Positions 38,371 through 47,361 of a stretch of DNA of 64,000 nucleotides are shown piece by piece (position 1 is the stretch's first letter; each line of letters opens with the position of its first letter). A program made the translations under genes and the position numbers. The DNA is from a virus. The notes beneath the pieces were generated by a model. The model did not search any database, had not been told where the DNA came from, and was given only the letters and a program-made list of their open reading frames with translations. The stretch lies in IMG/VR virus record IMGVR_UViG_3300024306_000013; one strand, given 5' to 3'.

Positions 38371-38678
38371 AGTTCTGCTACCTTCTCGGGGGCAGCTTTC
38401 ACAGCTTTCGGGGCCTTGGCCACTGGAGCTGGATTCTTCTTCGCGATGTACTCGATCGCGGCCTGTACAGCGGCATTGCCACTGCCGAAACCCACACTCT
38501 TCATGTGAGCTGCGATCTCACCTTTGGTCATCGGATGAGGAAGCTCGACGAGGTCCACATCGCTGTGTCCATTCTTGTCCAGGATCTTGATACGCATGAC
38601 GTCGTTCGCGAAACGAACCTTGGTCTTGCCATTAAGGGTGCTAACACCCGCTACAGAGAACTTCTTGTCAGTTGCCAT
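38364..38678 (-). CDS. Hypothetical protein with an Ala/Lys-rich tail (host gene of hairpin A)
   Basis: FSVAGVS...KVRFAND...KNGH.DV.LVELP..MTK; AAGGCAA leader. Confidence 0.75.
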   Translation of the reverse strand: MATDKKFSVAGVSTLNGKTKVRFANDVMRIKILDKNGHSDVDLVELPHPMTKGEIAAHMKSVGFGSGNAAVQAAIEYIAKKNPAPVAKAPKAVKAAPEKVAELA

Positions 38679-38745
38679 TTTAGTTGCCTTTCATTGCCTA
38701 AGTTGTGTATGTAGGGACCATCCCCATCATACTGTTAGTGTATGA

Positions 38746-38952
38746 TCATTTGGTTTGGCTGTCAACCATTTGATCTGCCAATCTGTCGATCCTACAGGAG
38801 ACCGACTGAGTTTCGCCAAGAGCTTGTATGAATTCATCGTCATAGACCAAGTCCTTGACTGTAAGCTCGAACAGCTCGTCGACCTTTTGGGGGTCTTCCT
38901 TGCCGTCCGAACCCAATTCCATCACTACCACCCACGCGATCTTACGACTCAT
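38746..38952 (-). CDS. Hypothetical protein (68 aa)
   Basis: Start re-assigned to MSRKIAW, overlapping the end of the upstream gene. Confidence 0.55.
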   Translation of the reverse strand: MSRKIAWVVVMELGSDGKEDPQKVDELFELTVKDLVYDDEFIQALGETQSVSCRIDRLADQMVDSQTK

Positions 38953-39553
38953 CCTTCTGCCTCTCTTCGGCACCCTCGCGGATCCATTGCGTGAGCTCTT
39001 CTTCGTTTTCGCGCTCGTATTCTTCCATCTGTTCGGAGATACCAAACGCATCGTCCAAATCACTGGGCAGTTCATCACGCACCTGCTGGCTACGCATTTC
39101 GCCCAGCTCATAGTAGTCGTCATCGCCATCTTCGAACACACCAGCGTAGGCCATGCCTGGTTCATAATACATGGCTCGCACGGAGTAGCCCTGCTCGACC
39201 AACTCCTGATAAACTCCGATGGGCGGCGACCATGCTGAATCAAAATAAGCAGTCAGCGTGTTGCCATCTACCTGGGGATCTTCACATTCCACATCCCATT
39301 TGGTGCCCCAGCGGCTGGTCTGGAAACTATACCAGTCTGTGTGTCCATACTTCTCAAGGTTGGCCTTCTGCTGTGCTTCGTGAGCCTCACGCTGATCCTC
39401 GCCCATGAAGCCTGACACTGTGTCAGTGAGCTCTTTAGGAGTAGGAATCACATGTTGGCAGAACTCGCCTGCTTTAAGGGCCTGGGCCAGTGCTTGGATC
39501 TTAGCAGGATCCTCATGGCTGATTTCCACTGTGTTGTTGCACCAATTTGGCAT
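38942..39553 (-). CDS. YubB/Api92-like ferredoxin-fold protein (DUF1281-like)
   Basis: MPNWCNN, WY..Q..RWGTKWD, FDSAWSPP. Confidence 0.75.
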   Translation of the reverse strand: MPNWCNNTVEISHEDPAKIQALAQALKAGEFCQHVIPTPKELTDTVSGFMGEDQREAHEAQQKANLEKYGHTDWYSFQTSRWGTKWDVECEDPQVDGNTLTAYFDSAWSPPIGVYQELVEQGYSVRAMYYEPGMAYAGVFEDGDDDYYELGEMRSQQVRDELPSDLDDAFGISEQMEEYERENEEELTQWIREGAEERQKDES

Positions 39554-39584
39554 AGAACGCTCCTTCAGTTAATGATAGTGTATT

Positions 39585-39800
39585 TTACTTGCTCTGTTTC
39601 AATTTGTCAACCAAATACTGATTGGCCAAGTTCTGATCCACCCGATCCACAAACTTCTGCTCGATCTCACGTGATGCTCGATCAGCGATCTGGCTCAGGG
39701 TCCTCAGTATCTTGGCCGCGCCCATGGCTGTAGTCTCTGGATCGTCCAGTGCGTCCAGAGCGCGACGCATGTAGTCTAGTTCTTCTCGTTTAACGGCCAT
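39585..39800 (-). CDS. Hypothetical protein (71 aa)
   Basis: Start re-assigned to MAVKREEL. Confidence 0.5.
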   Translation of the reverse strand: MAVKREELDYMRRALDALDDPETTAMGAAKILRTLSQIADRASREIEQKFVDRVDQNLANQYLVDKLKQSK

Positions 39801-39978
39801 AATAGTCTGCGTTACGCAGTCCCAATGTGCCACACCACATGATCGCGCAGCCAACCGCGCTGACCAACACACCGTAAAGCAGTCCCATGTCGTCCATGCT
39901 CTGCTCCACACCGCCCACGCCAAATGCTGTCAACAGCAGTCCGACCATGAACACAAACATTGATGCTTTCTCTGACAT
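39790..39978 (-). CDS. Small two-TM membrane protein
   Basis: Two hydrophobic segments around GVGG.E; promoter plus AGGAGCG RBS. Confidence 0.65.
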   Translation of the reverse strand: MSEKASMFVFMVGLLLTAFGVGGVEQSMDDMGLLYGVLVSAVGCAIMWCGTLGLRNADYYGR

Positions 39979-40073
39979 ATCGCGCTCCTTTTGTTTAACT
40001 ATGCCCATATTATAGCAATTTGGGCCCAGGCTGTCAACCAATTTTTTCAACTTTTTTTCTTCAATGATTTCAA

Positions 40074-40334
40074 TTAGTTATGTCGGATGTACACAGCAAA
40101 ACGATTAGCATCCTGCTTCCAAGTACGGCTTTGATCCCTGAAACGCCCACGTGGACCTCTGTAGATCGTCTCAGTGCGCAGCTTGAGACGCTTCATGAGA
40201 GCTCGCACACGATCCAGGTGCTCCATGGGAATATCATGGAAAAGGCTAGCCCTGCCCTGGCCCGAAGCATACTGATTCAGGAAGTCCTGATCCTGTTGGC
40301 TGAGGCAGAAGAACAGGAATTTGTCCACGATCAT
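40074..40334 (-). CDS. Hypothetical protein
   Basis: Start re-assigned to MIVDKF (ATGA overlap). Confidence 0.5.
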   Translation of the reverse strand: MIVDKFLFFCLSQQDQDFLNQYASGQGRASLFHDIPMEHLDRVRALMKRLKLRTETIYRGPRGRFRDQSRTWKQDANRFAVYIRHN

Positions 40335-40585
40335 CCCCAATCTTTGAAGCAGCCAGCGGCAGTGTTGTCGTTGTAGCCCTGGTTGTATTCGGTCACTGAC
40401 GCACAATCAGAGACTTCAACACGGGGACCTGAATCACCGCCAACTCCACCGTAGTGAGGATTACGGCGACGGCCATAGTATGAGTCTGCGGATCCACGAT
40501 CATACAAGCTGCCGTGTTGCTTGCGATCGAACTGCCAACCCTTGAGGATCCCTACCACACGCTCTCTTTCACCTTGTTCGTACAT
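40331..40585 (-). CDS. Early hypothetical protein
   Basis: HGSLYDRG.ADSYYGR..NPHY; RBS AAAGGAGCGAAU. Confidence 0.7.
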   Translation of the reverse strand: MYEQGERERVVGILKGWQFDRKQHGSLYDRGSADSYYGRRRNPHYGGVGGDSGPRVEVSDCASVTEYNQGYNDNTAAGCFKDWG

Positions 40586-40644
40586 ATTCGCTCCTTTAAG
40601 TTATGTCAGTAGTATAACAGCAGTTGCGCCTGCTGTCAACCAAT

Positions 40645-40839
40645 TTAATCCATGTTGACCTTAGGGTCTTTCTTTAGGCCCTTGTGATGCGCATCGCTCA
40701 CGCACACAGCCTTGGCGGTCAGGCGATCCGCGGCCACTTCCCGGGCTGCAGCAGCGCAGCTTTTCTCGGTGGGGAAGGGCACTACGACCTTGTCTACATA
40801 GGTAGGTCCCTGATACAGCGCGATGATCAGCCAAAACAT
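40645..40839 (-). CDS. Hypothetical protein
   Basis: 64 aa with a F.TEKSC..A..VC Cys pair. Confidence 0.6.
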   Translation of the reverse strand: MFWLIIALYQGPTYVDKVVVPFPTEKSCAAAAREVAADRLTAKAVCVSDAHHKGLKKDPKVNMD

Positions 40840-40973
40840 CAGCGGATCTCCACAGCAGCAATCTCACGGGGATCCAAGCGGAACTGTTCCCAGACCAAGC
40901 AAGCAGCACGGAAATCACGTGCGACCACATCGTAAGCTACACCCGAATCCATTACAAAGCGATAGCGTTTCAT
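40839..40973 (-). CDS. 44-aa early peptide
   Basis: MKRYRFVMDSGVAYDVVARDFRAAC...; promoter at 41000-41028. Confidence 0.55.
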   Translation of the reverse strand: MKRYRFVMDSGVAYDVVARDFRAACLVWEQFRLDPREIAAVEIR

Positions 40974-41050
40974 TTCATTTGCTCCTTTGTTGTATCCCTA
41001 ATATAGCAGCAGCAGCAGTTGCGGTCAACCAAAAAAACAGGCACCCTGAA

Positions 41051-41086
41051 AGAAAAAAGGGACTGTGGCATTTCTGCAACAGTCCC
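41051..41086 (-). terminator. Intrinsic terminator containing the palindrome
   Basis: Minus strand GGGACTGT-tgcagaaatgcc-ACAGTCCC-UUUUUU. Confidence 0.8.
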
Positions 41087-41101
41087 AAGTACCACCCACT
41101 A

Positions 41102-41371
41102 TCAAGCGCCGCTATAGTCGTAATCGTCGTAGTCCGGCTCATAGGGTTCATCGTCGTCTTCAACGATTGAGAGGCCCAAGCTGATGATCACGTCTTCTAC
41201 TTCAGTGATCGACACACCCAACTGATCTGAAATCATCTGGATAGCCTCGCGATCTGTCCCGTAAAGGCTGACAAGATCCATAACCTCGTCCTCAAGCATG
41301 GGACCATCCTCGTCAACCATGACTCCATCATCATCATACATCGGATCTTCGAAAGTCTTCATATAGCTCAT
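41102..41371 (-). CDS. Highly acidic small protein
   Basis: 89 aa, about one third D/E. Confidence 0.6.
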   Translation of the reverse strand: MSYMKTFEDPMYDDDGVMVDEDGPMLEDEVMDLVSLYGTDREAIQMISDQLGVSITEVEDVIISLGLSIVEDDDEPYEPDYDDYDYSGA

Positions 41372-41529
41372 TGACCTGCCTCCTTGACAGTTTTGGATGC
41401 CTCTTTGGCCACTTCGGTAACCAAAGCCTTACCCTGGGTTGAAATGAAATTAACCGTGCCTGTGACCAAGTTGATAACAAACATTGGTGCCAGGATGATT
41501 AGCGCGATGATTACAATCCATTTTGCCAT
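41368..41529 (-). CDS. 53-aa membrane-anchored peptide
   Basis: MAKWIVIIALIILAPMFVINLV...; promoter plus AAGGAGC RBS. Confidence 0.6.
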   Translation of the reverse strand: MAKWIVIIALIILAPMFVINLVTGTVNFISTQGKALVTEVAKEASKTVKEAGQ

Positions 41530-41580
41530 AGTTGCTCCTTTACGAAAGTAAGTGTATTATACAAGAACTTTGGGTTCCTG

Positions 41581-41799
41581 TCAACCAAAGAATAATCCCA
41601 CAACATAGATCACGAGCAGCCCGCCATTGATCGCCACTAGATTCCATTCACGGATTCTCAGCGACCAAATCAAGTACAGCAGCGCACCTGAGTTGAGAAG
41701 ATAGATGTTAAGGGGATCGATGCGCAGTGAAGTACACAGCGCACCAGCGAGAGTGATAGCACAAGCTATCCATTTGAGGTAAAAGTTCGTATCCTTCAT
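41581..41799 (-). CDS. Small three-TM membrane protein
   Basis: Three hydrophobic segments; own promoter. Confidence 0.65.
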   Translation of the reverse strand: MKDTNFYLKWIACAITLAGALCTSLRIDPLNIYLLNSGALLYLIWSLRIREWNLVAINGGLLVIYVVGLFFG

Positions 41800-41831
41800 A
41801 GTCCGTATTCTAGACTATTTTGGACAGCTTG

Positions 41832-42248
41832 TCAACCGTTTTTTGGAGAAGAAAGAGAGATGTTGTTTTTCTGCAACAGTTCACGTAGCACAGCAGCTTG
41901 ATCCCCACTGACCGTGTACTTGGCAGCTTTGAACCGTGAACGCAGCTTGTCTACCAGCTCGTGGAAGTCGGCACCCTGCGCCATGAACTGGCCGTCTTCA
42001 TCGTCGTAGAGGAAATAGATCCCATCGTGCTGCTCGATGCGCAGCTGATAGACGGGGAGATCGTCCTCGTCGTCCTCTTCTTCGTTCCTGAGGAAGTCCA
42101 GGGCTTTCTCACGCAGCTCTTTGCGTTTAGTGTCTGTGTCCACGCCCAGTTCTTCTAGTGCGTCGCGCAAGTTGGCTTTGAATACGATCTTGCTGACTAC
42201 CCATCCTGCGTAAGCACCTGCCAGCCATGCTATGATTAATTCAATCAT
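41832..42248 (-). CDS. Membrane-anchored hypothetical protein
   Basis: N-terminal TM segment; IEQH.G.YFLY...FMAQG. Confidence 0.65.
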   Translation of the reverse strand: MIELIIAWLAGAYAGWVVSKIVFKANLRDALEELGVDTDTKRKELREKALDFLRNEEEDDEDDLPVYQLRIEQHDGIYFLYDDEDGQFMAQGADFHELVDKLRSRFKAAKYTVSGDQAAVLRELLQKNNISLSSPKNG

Positions 42249-42256
42249 CTTCGCTC

Positions 42257-42493
42257 CTATCTTTTGAGTTTGGGTTTTGCTCGTTCTTTAAATTCTCTGT
42301 CCACGTAGTATTGTACTAGGGCATTCTTGATCATGACAGTAAGGTCTAGGCCCTGATCGTCGGGCACTATAAATCGGACTGGACAAGTTCCCCACCCACC
42401 GTACTCTAGGAATTCGTTATAATACCGCCTATGCTGCTTGTTGGAGGGATCAAATGCTACCAATGGTCTACAATAGTATTCTAGCTTGCTCAT
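42257..42493 (-). CDS. Hypothetical protein
   Basis: RP.VAFDP.NK.HR..Y..FL....WG.CP.RF. Confidence 0.65.
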   Translation of the reverse strand: MSKLEYYCRPLVAFDPSNKQHRRYYNEFLEYGGWGTCPVRFIVPDDQGLDLTVMIKNALVQYYVDREFKERAKPKLKR

Positions 42494-42600
42494 ATGGTTT
42501 TATTTACGTGATCAGGGTCATCGTCCTTTCGTATTGTGTTTATTTTAACTGTTTTTATCGTTCTTGTCAACATACACGCACACGTAAGCAGCGGGGCCAC

Positions 42601-43218
42601 TTACTTATGGCCAATGATCATGTGCCGGGTAAAAGAGTTGTTTGGGTAGTTAAAAGTGATAGAGCCCGAATAGAGGCACTCTGCGAGAGGATACAGATCT
42701 TTAAGATCTTCCTGGGAAGTGATCCGATTGATATGATCAGGGATAGCCAGATCGCTGCCCTGTATGGCCACTATGGTGCCTTTGGGTATGTCGTCAAACC
42801 ATTTGGTCTCGGCTACATGTTCAGCAGAAGTCATGATGATCACATGCGGGTTGTCTACAGAGTAATCTATGTAGTTAATGTCGCCCGTCTGTGCTTTGAA
42901 CTGCCAATCCTGTATTTCCCAGAACTTATTGATCTTGTCTGCGATAGGTTGGCAAGCAGGATCCCGGTCGATGCTGCGCACATACTTGATCGGGATCACT
43001 GCCCTGGTGCGCATGATCAGATTGGTCACTCCATACCAGCCTGCGAAGATCCAGACCTTGTAACCATCTGCGGGAGCTTGTAGGGGTTGTAGGCACTCTT
43101 CCAATCGCTCGATCAGCCAGGCCTTTGAAGCGACCTGGCTGCTAGCGAAACTGTCGTAATCGAATAGCGGACGGGTCGCTAATAGACCCGCCAGCCAATC
43201 ACGAAGTCTTTTCATCAT
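42601..43218 (-). CDS. Class I SAM-dependent methyltransferase-like protein
   Basis: IFAGWYG, SIDRD, TSAEH. Confidence 0.6.
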   Translation of the reverse strand: MMKRLRDWLAGLLATRPLFDYDSFASSQVASKAWLIERLEECLQPLQAPADGYKVWIFAGWYGVTNLIMRTRAVIPIKYVRSIDRDPACQPIADKINKFWEIQDWQFKAQTGDINYIDYSVDNPHVIIMTSAEHVAETKWFDDIPKGTIVAIQGSDLAIPDHINRITSQEDLKDLYPLAECLYSGSITFNYPNNSFTRHMIIGHK

Positions 43219-44410
43219 AGATCACAGTCTGACCAAAGGGTGCTTCGTTGCTAGAGCCCTTGACGATGAACAGGGTATCGCAGTAGTCCTCGTCACCCCA
43301 GCCACCGCATGGATAGCCGTCTGTAAACATGATAAACTTCTTGGGCACAAGATCGATACCCTTCATGTATTCCCAGTTGGCTTCGAAGTCTGTGCCACCA
43401 CCACCCATGGGCTCGTAGCTCAGTAATGCGTCACCGTCGTCATGTGTGTAGCGTTGGTGATTGTAGATAGCAGTATCAAAGCACCAAATGTCGATGGCAT
43501 AGTCCTCATACTGGTCCATGATGCCTTTGACTTCTGACAGGAAGATCCTGGCATCTGCGTCACCGATAGAACCTGACATGTCGATACCAATGGCCACGTC
43601 TACAGTCTGATCGTTCTTCATGCCTGGAAGCACCGCACCACTGTGCTGGCTCTTGCGGTTAGGACGAGTAAAGGAGTAATCGTTGCGGATGATGCTCTGG
43701 ATGTTCATCTGTAGAACTTCACGCCAGTTCATCTTGGGCTCAGTCAAGTCCTTGAGCAGGCGTTGGATTCCTGCGGGCACCTTGCCGGCACCAGCGGCCG
43801 CGGCACTCTGGATCATGGCCTCTTTAAGCTCATCGCGGATCTTCTGTGCTTCTTCCTTGCTCAGACCAGGCACCTTGCCACCTTTGCCGTCTTTATCGCC
43901 ACTGCCAGCACCAGGGCCTTCTTCTTCGTGGATGTGTTCGTCGAGCAGGTCGCCCAATTGCTTCATAAGATCATTGATATCGATCTTCTCAGCCTTTTCC
44001 CACAATTGATCGTAGATCTCTTCCCAAGCCAAACCACGATACTTTGGATCGTAGCAGATCTTAACTTCAGTGATCTTCTCACCGATACGCTCGTCTACGA
44101 GGATTTGGTTGATAGCGAAGTCCTGTGCGATGTTGCTAAGACCACGGTGACGGCTACCAGTGCGACCAAAGTGATCAAACACGCAATGACCGATCTCATG
44201 TGCGAACAGGAACTCCAGCTTCTTCTCAGAGAGCTTGTTGATGAAGTTGCGATCATACATAAAGTCACGGCCGTTAGTTGCCGCAGTCTTACACCAGCCC
44301 TGATCGGTGACGTCTACCAAACGCATACGGGTGGCCATATTGCCAAAGAACGGTTGCTTGAGCAACAGTCCGATTCGGGCAGTTGTTAGTTTCTCTACGA
44401 TTGGATCCAT
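43199..44410 (-). CDS. DUF2201-type metallopeptidase-VWA protein
   Basis: TAATNG, HEIGH, DMSGS (MIDAS), GGGT.F, FTDG. Confidence 0.85.
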   Translation of the reverse strand: MDPIVEKLTTARIGLLLKQPFFGNMATRMRLVDVTDQGWCKTAATNGRDFMYDRNFINKLSEKKLEFLFAHEIGHCVFDHFGRTGSRHRGLSNIAQDFAINQILVDERIGEKITEVKICYDPKYRGLAWEEIYDQLWEKAEKIDINDLMKQLGDLLDEHIHEEEGPGAGSGDKDGKGGKVPGLSKEEAQKIRDELKEAMIQSAAAAGAGKVPAGIQRLLKDLTEPKMNWREVLQMNIQSIIRNDYSFTRPNRKSQHSGAVLPGMKNDQTVDVAIGIDMSGSIGDADARIFLSEVKGIMDQYEDYAIDIWCFDTAIYNHQRYTHDDGDALLSYEPMGGGGTDFEANWEYMKGIDLVPKKFIMFTDGYPCGGWGDEDYCDTLFIVKGSSNEAPFGQTVIYDEKTS

Positions 44411-44529
44411 TGGACGCTCCTTAACTGTATATATGTATTATAGCACAAGCCCTAGACCCTGTCAACCGGATTGAAAAGGGTGGGGGAGCACCCTGGGCAG
44501 GCACTCCCCCTGAGGGCCACAGGGAGGTC

Positions 44530-45615
44530 TCAGTTCTCCATGGCCTTCAAAACATACTTGCCAAAACGCTTGTGGAACTCGTCGAAGTTCGTCATCTTGC
44601 TGGCGTCCAAAGGCAAGTCATAGTTGGTGAGCGCGGTCTTAGCACCCATCACAACCAACTCAGTTGGGAAATTGTCCATCATGTAGCGGAAGAAGTTATC
44701 TGCCATAGCATCCCAACCCTTGACCTTCTTATCCGCACGGTCCTTGAGCTCGTAGCAGAGGCTAACGGTCAAAGAATACATCGCCGACACTTCCTTGATC
44801 TGGAGATCCTTGACCTTGCCGTCTAGAATGTCTTCTGCCTTAGGCAGTTTACCTGCGATCTTTCGGTGAGCCATGAACTTGATGCCCAGACCATCGCCAA
44901 CAGCACCAGCGATCAAGTTCTGGAGTGTGTCGACATCCACATCTGGATCTTTGAGCAGATCGCTCACGAAAGACCAAGAACGAGGAGTTGCGAATGCGTG
45001 TGAGCTAGACTTAGAGTCGAAGTCAAACAGGTCCTGCTTGGCAAAACCCAAGTAACCAACCACGTCTGCGTGGACCTTGTTCATAACAGCCCACTCCTGG
45101 AAGTCATCGAAGTCAGGCTTCATTTCCAAGTGTAGGAAGCGGTTAGCCAGTGGCTTAGGCATACGGTAGGTAACACCACGGTCACCGTCACGGTTACCAG
45201 CGGCAACGATGTCAACGCCATCGGGCAGGACATAGGTACCAACACGGCGGTTCAAGACCAACTGATAGGCCGCAGCCTGGACAGCCGGAGGAGCAGAGTT
45301 AAGCTCGTCTAGGAAGATGATAGCCTTGCTGGCAGGATCGCGTGGCAGTTCAGAGGGAGGGGCCCACTCCATAGTCTTGCTGTCAGAGTTGTAATAAGGG
45401 ATACCCTTGATGTCAGTGGGTTCCCAAAGTGGCAAGCGAACGTCGATCACTTCGCGATCGGCGCTCTCACCAATCTGCTTGACGATGTCGGATTTACCGA
45501 TGCCTGGAGGGCCCCACAAGAAGATAGGACGACGCATCTTGATAGCGTGACGCAGACTGCGGATAGCACCCTTGGGACCTACGGTGCGGATATTTGTTTC
45601 AGTTGCTTTGGACAT
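44530..45615 (-). CDS. MoxR-like AAA+ ATPase
   Basis: GPPGIGKS, FLDELN, AAGN, LANRF, TPRSW. Confidence 0.88.
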   Translation of the reverse strand: MSKATETNIRTVGPKGAIRSLRHAIKMRRPIFLWGPPGIGKSDIVKQIGESADREVIDVRLPLWEPTDIKGIPYYNSDSKTMEWAPPSELPRDPASKAIIFLDELNSAPPAVQAAAYQLVLNRRVGTYVLPDGVDIVAAGNRDGDRGVTYRMPKPLANRFLHLEMKPDFDDFQEWAVMNKVHADVVGYLGFAKQDLFDFDSKSSSHAFATPRSWSFVSDLLKDPDVDVDTLQNLIAGAVGDGLGIKFMAHRKIAGKLPKAEDILDGKVKDLQIKEVSAMYSLTVSLCYELKDRADKKVKGWDAMADNFFRYMMDNFPTELVVMGAKTALTNYDLPLDASKMTNFDEFHKRFGKYVLKAMEN

Positions 45616-45725
45616 TGAGACCTCCTAAAAAAGTTGCCCAGTTGTGTTTAACTATGACTCTATTATAGTGTATCTGCTTTAGGCAGTCAACCACTATTTT
45701 CTTTCTAGATCAATGTGTTGCAGAT

Positions 45726-46355
45726 TTACAACACCTTGACGTAGTTCAGTTGTGCTGTGTTGTCCGGACGAAGTGCCTTGACCTTGGCCTTCACCCGCAG
45801 CTCCCCGGCTAGCTCCTTGGAGAACCAGAAGTCCACGAAGCTTTCGTTGAGCCGTGCCTGGATGCGGTACTTGCCGAAGTTAGGATTGTATCGCGAGCTG
45901 ATCACTGTGATGTCCCCTATCACAGTTTCACCTACAGCAGCAGCGAGAGGCTGGGCGGAATAGATTTCTCGCTTGAGTTCTGTGCGCTCCTGATCACGGA
46001 CAGCCACGGAAGGCAAGCAGCTGATCACGCTGAAGTCATAAAGATCTCGCCCCGTGAACTCTTCCTTAGCAGCTAACTTCATGGCCGTGGCTTGGAAGTC
46101 ATTGAGCTTGCCCGCCAGGGCCAACAGCGTGTAGGATTTAAAGTGATCCCGAGCAGTGCGACCAGCAGCGTAGTCGACTTCAGTGACCTGGGTGAAATCG
46201 TTGTCGCGGAGCCATTGCTTGACCATAGCTTTGTTGGCTCGCTTGTCCAGCACATAGCCGTCATCTGTGTAACGGCCTTTGTCCTCTTTGAGATACTCAC
46301 CGTTGATACGTTGAGCAGCGGCTGCGGCACCCCAAACTTGATCTGCTGTGAACAT
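45726..46355 (-). CDS. Hypothetical protein with a possible C-terminal OB fold
   Basis: 209 aa; promoter plus CAGGAGCGAAC RBS. Confidence 0.65.
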   Translation of the reverse strand: MFTADQVWGAAAAAQRINGEYLKEDKGRYTDDGYVLDKRANKAMVKQWLRDNDFTQVTEVDYAAGRTARDHFKSYTLLALAGKLNDFQATAMKLAAKEEFTGRDLYDFSVISCLPSVAVRDQERTELKREIYSAQPLAAAVGETVIGDITVISSRYNPNFGKYRIQARLNESFVDFWFSKELAGELRVKAKVKALRPDNTAQLNYVKVL

Positions 46356-46460
46356 AGTTCGCTCCTGTGTTCTAACTATGCCTCTATTATACGGTATTTA
46401 ATCAGGGCTGTCAACCAAAAGATCTGTTGTATTTTTGCAACATGGCGGGAGTGCCGGCCA

Positions 46461-46495
46461 AAAGAAAAGGACTGTGGCTTCTGGGCCACAGTCCC
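46461..46495 (-). terminator. Intrinsic terminator containing the palindrome
   Basis: Minus strand GGACTGTGGC-ccagaa-GCCACAGTCC-UUUUCUUU. Confidence 0.8.
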
Positions 46496-46532
46496 CAAAG
46501 AACGCCCCGGGAGCGAATCGGCTTGTTCTTTG
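46496..46532 (-). ncRNA. Candidate 3'-UTR hairpin B with the anti-RBS loop AUUCGCUCC
   Basis: CAAAGAAC-AAG-CCG-AUUCGCUCC-CGG-GGC-GUUCUUUG, lying between a stop codon and a terminator. Confidence 0.55.
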
Positions 46533-46539
46533 AAACCGA

Positions 46540-46815
46540 TTACTCTACGGACATTCCCAGAGCCTTGGCGCGATAGCCAAGTGCCACGATCTCACGTGAC
46601 GGACGGCCCATCTCGTACTCAGTAACCTGGACGCCGTTGCCAGCCTTACGGTTACGAGTGTAAACAGCGAAACCCTTGTAGCGGATGTCGCTAACAGTTG
46701 CTGATGGGTTCTTGATACCAAAACGCTTGGTGATCTGTGCTTCAGAAAGCTTCTCACCGTTGAACAATGCGTTAAACAGCTTGCCTTCTTTAGTTTCGAG
46801 GTTGATACGCTTCAT
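46540..46815 (-). CDS. Winged-helix-like DNA/RNA-binding protein (host gene of hairpin B)
   Basis: LS..QI.KRFGIKNP.ATVS.IR..G..VY...Y.MG.PSR; start re-assigned to MKRINL. Confidence 0.7.
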   Translation of the reverse strand: MKRINLETKEGKLFNALFNGEKLSEAQITKRFGIKNPSATVSDIRYKGFAVYTRNRKAGNGVQVTEYEMGRPSREIVALGYRAKALGMSVE

Positions 46816-46913
46816 ATTTGCCTTTTCCTTTAAGTTAAAGTATAGCTGATTCAAATCAGCATGTTAATAGTATACCTAAAAGTTCACACAAGGTCAACCT
46901 TTAGGTTTACCAA

Positions 46914-47111
46914 TTAGTTCTTTCGTACCGTCACGTTGGCACGGAAGAACGCTCCCAGCACCACCACAGCAAACCAAGTTTCCATGCTGTATGGAATGGC
47001 CAGTGCGGGGAACAGGGTATTCGCTGCCCAGATCGTGAGCAGGGGGCCCACGACCAACAGCAGAATGACTAGGACGACGACGCCCAAAACGATCGATGTA
47101 GACTTATACAT
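46914..47111 (-). CDS. Small membrane protein
   Basis: GPLLTIWA.NTLFP...IPY...TW. Confidence 0.65.
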   Translation of the reverse strand: MYKSTSIVLGVVVLVILLLVVGPLLTIWAANTLFPALAIPYSMETWFAVVVLGAFFRANVTVRKN

Positions 47112-47361
47112 GGAATTCTAACTCCTTAGGTTCTCCGTCTTCTTCTTTAGCTGCTGGAATCACGTAGGGATCCGCAGGAATCAGACGATTGATTGCTCGG
47201 GCAGACTTCACGGCACTGCCCCCGATATAGACTCTGCTGTAGTGTTCCTGACAGTAGGCCTTGCCCGGGATCACGGCACTGCCGCATGTGAACAGGTTCT
47301 CGTGATCCCTGATTGGGTCCTTGTCGGGCCCAATCCATTGACAGGTGTGGAATAGCATCAT
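47104..47361 (-). CDS. GcrA C-terminal-like Cys/His domain protein
   Basis: CQWIG.D...CG.....G.AYC.EH. Confidence 0.6.
   Translation of the reverse strand: MMLFHTCQWIGPDKDPIRDHENLFTCGSAVIPGKAYCQEHYSRVYIGGSAVKSARAINRLIPADPYVIPAAKEEDGEPKELEFHV

Noticed and set aside
41006-41019. (GCA)n microsatellite
   Set aside because: Only about four units, forming a promoter spacer; no evidence of phase variation
43683-44389. Long plus-strand ORFs (108 and 208 aa) opposite the VWA gene
   Set aside because: GC-rich antisense frames without promoter or RBS
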